Source: Botryllus schlosseri
Lineage: Eukaryota
Assembly (NCBI GenBank): GCA_051294905.1
Contig: CM119384.1
Location: 15,934,001-15,998,000 of the forward strand
Direction: 5' to 3'
DNA: 64,000 bases
The notes under the pieces are model-generated. The model was not told the DNA's origin. It saw only the letters and a program-made list of their open reading frames with translations, and did not search any database. A program made the position numbers and the translations under genes. Of this stretch, positions 62,932 to 64,000 are shown in pieces. Each line of letters starts with the position of its first letter. Positions within the stretch are counted from its first letter, which is position 1.

Positions 62932-63534
62932 TCAGCTTGCTTTTGTTGATTCCGAATCTTGGTGCAATTCAAAGATTTTTGAGATTATAACTCGTGGGTC
63001 GGTCGAATCAAACTTTTCAAGGTATCTGTCATAGAGACGCTGGTTAATTTTTTTGAGCTTTCGTGTTTCTTCCGCTTTGAGAAGTTGGAAATTTTCAACG
63101 AAATTACCGATCACAGTCATAGAGTAGTCAAATTTTCTCTCCAACTCCTCTATTTGTTGAGCTTGATGCTGATGCTTGACTGGGACTTCGAACACTTTCG
63201 AATCTTCATCTTCATCGATCTCAATGTTTGTATCCCTTGGGTTCCGATACTTGTCAAGTAGTTTCGTCCACTCGTCCAACTCCCCTTGTAATTGAGAGAT
63301 GCATATTTTATCAGCCTCGTGTACTATCACATTACTTTTCTCCTCGGGCTGTAGGCTCGCGGGGTCTTCCTTGGCTACTTTTGCCTTTGGCTCATCCGTG
63401 GCCGATGATTGTGCATCAACAGGTGTTGGTCGATTATCGTCGCAGCCTTCGTTAGTTAGATTTTGAAGAGTCTCAATAAGAGATCTTCTCTTTGAGGAGC
63501 GACGCTTTTTTCGTGAGGAGGAACTCGTATTCAT
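62932..63534 (-). CDS. DSN1: DSN1-like MIS12-complex kinetochore protein (200 aa, single-exon ORF)
   Basis: N-terminal basic RKKRRSSKRRSL, ELDEWTKLLDKY coil and C-terminal coil ending DSTDPRVIISKI parallel recalled human DSN1 (RRASMKETNRRKSL / ERQTWDQLLLHY / DPSPARKLLKL). The ORF is solid; the identity is moderate. Confidence 0.6.
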   Translation of the reverse strand: MNTSSSSRKKRRSSKRRSLIETLQNLTNEGCDDNRPTPVDAQSSATDEPKAKVAKEDPASLQPEEKSNVIVHEADKICISQLQGELDEWTKLLDKYRNPRDTNIEIDEDEDSKVFEVPVKHQHQAQQIEELERKFDYSMTVIGNFVENFQLLKAEETRKLKKINQRLYDRYLEKFDSTDPRVIISKIFELHQDSESTKAS

Positions 63535-64000
63535 TATGCTACATAAAGCTAGACAGAAAGGGTGATCTGAAAAAATGACATGGTATTTAGGCTAAAACTA
63601 AACGGCATACCAACCAGACTGCATAAATTACAACACTCCTACTTTCACTTCCTACTAACAATTTTCAAAGACAGGCTTTACTTGGCTTACTGGCTAACAA
63701 AACTACGCAAGAAGAAATGTTCCTAGAAGTTCATACTCAAGTACAGGCAATCGTTTTGAAAGCAGATCAAAACTGCTGCAGCAGGAAGGAAGTAGAATAC
63801 TACGGGGCTGAAATGTTTCAAAACTGAATGAATATTAGGCATTGTAGAATGACATTATTTGACAAATGTTTGAAAAAGTGAATCATGTTCCAAACCAGTT
63901 GCTCTCAGACGTTATTGCTCTGAGACCGATGAAATTTCAAAAAAATGCAGACCGGTGAATGTAATTATGACAAATGTATGAAAAGAAAAATACTGTCAAT

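Overview
Eukaryotic (animal), AT-rich genomic DNA with no prokaryotic features. A tunicate or other invertebrate deuterostome origin is an inference only. Nearly the whole window (235-62042, minus strand) is one giant gene, the ortholog of BLTP1/KIAA1109 (tweek/lpd-3/Csf1 family bridge-like lipid transfer protein). I hand-built a phase-consistent model of 71 coding exons (about 12.9 kb CDS, about 4,300 codons); the C-terminus runs off the window start. Homology is judged against my recollection of human BLTP1, not a database search. About 0.9 kb upstream on the same strand is an apparently intronless 200-aa ORF resembling kinetochore DSN1. Introns are bimodal: many are 62-75 nt, while the large ones are filled with TIR/TSD-delimited hAT and Tc1/mariner non-autonomous elements, including a decayed Buster/SPIN-type transposase and a triple-nested insertion. 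The most notable observations are a signal peptide plus glycosylatable luminal extension on BLTP1, an operon-like DSN1-BLTP1 arrangement with unpaired splice acceptors, two GC-AG introns and an FFAT-like motif.
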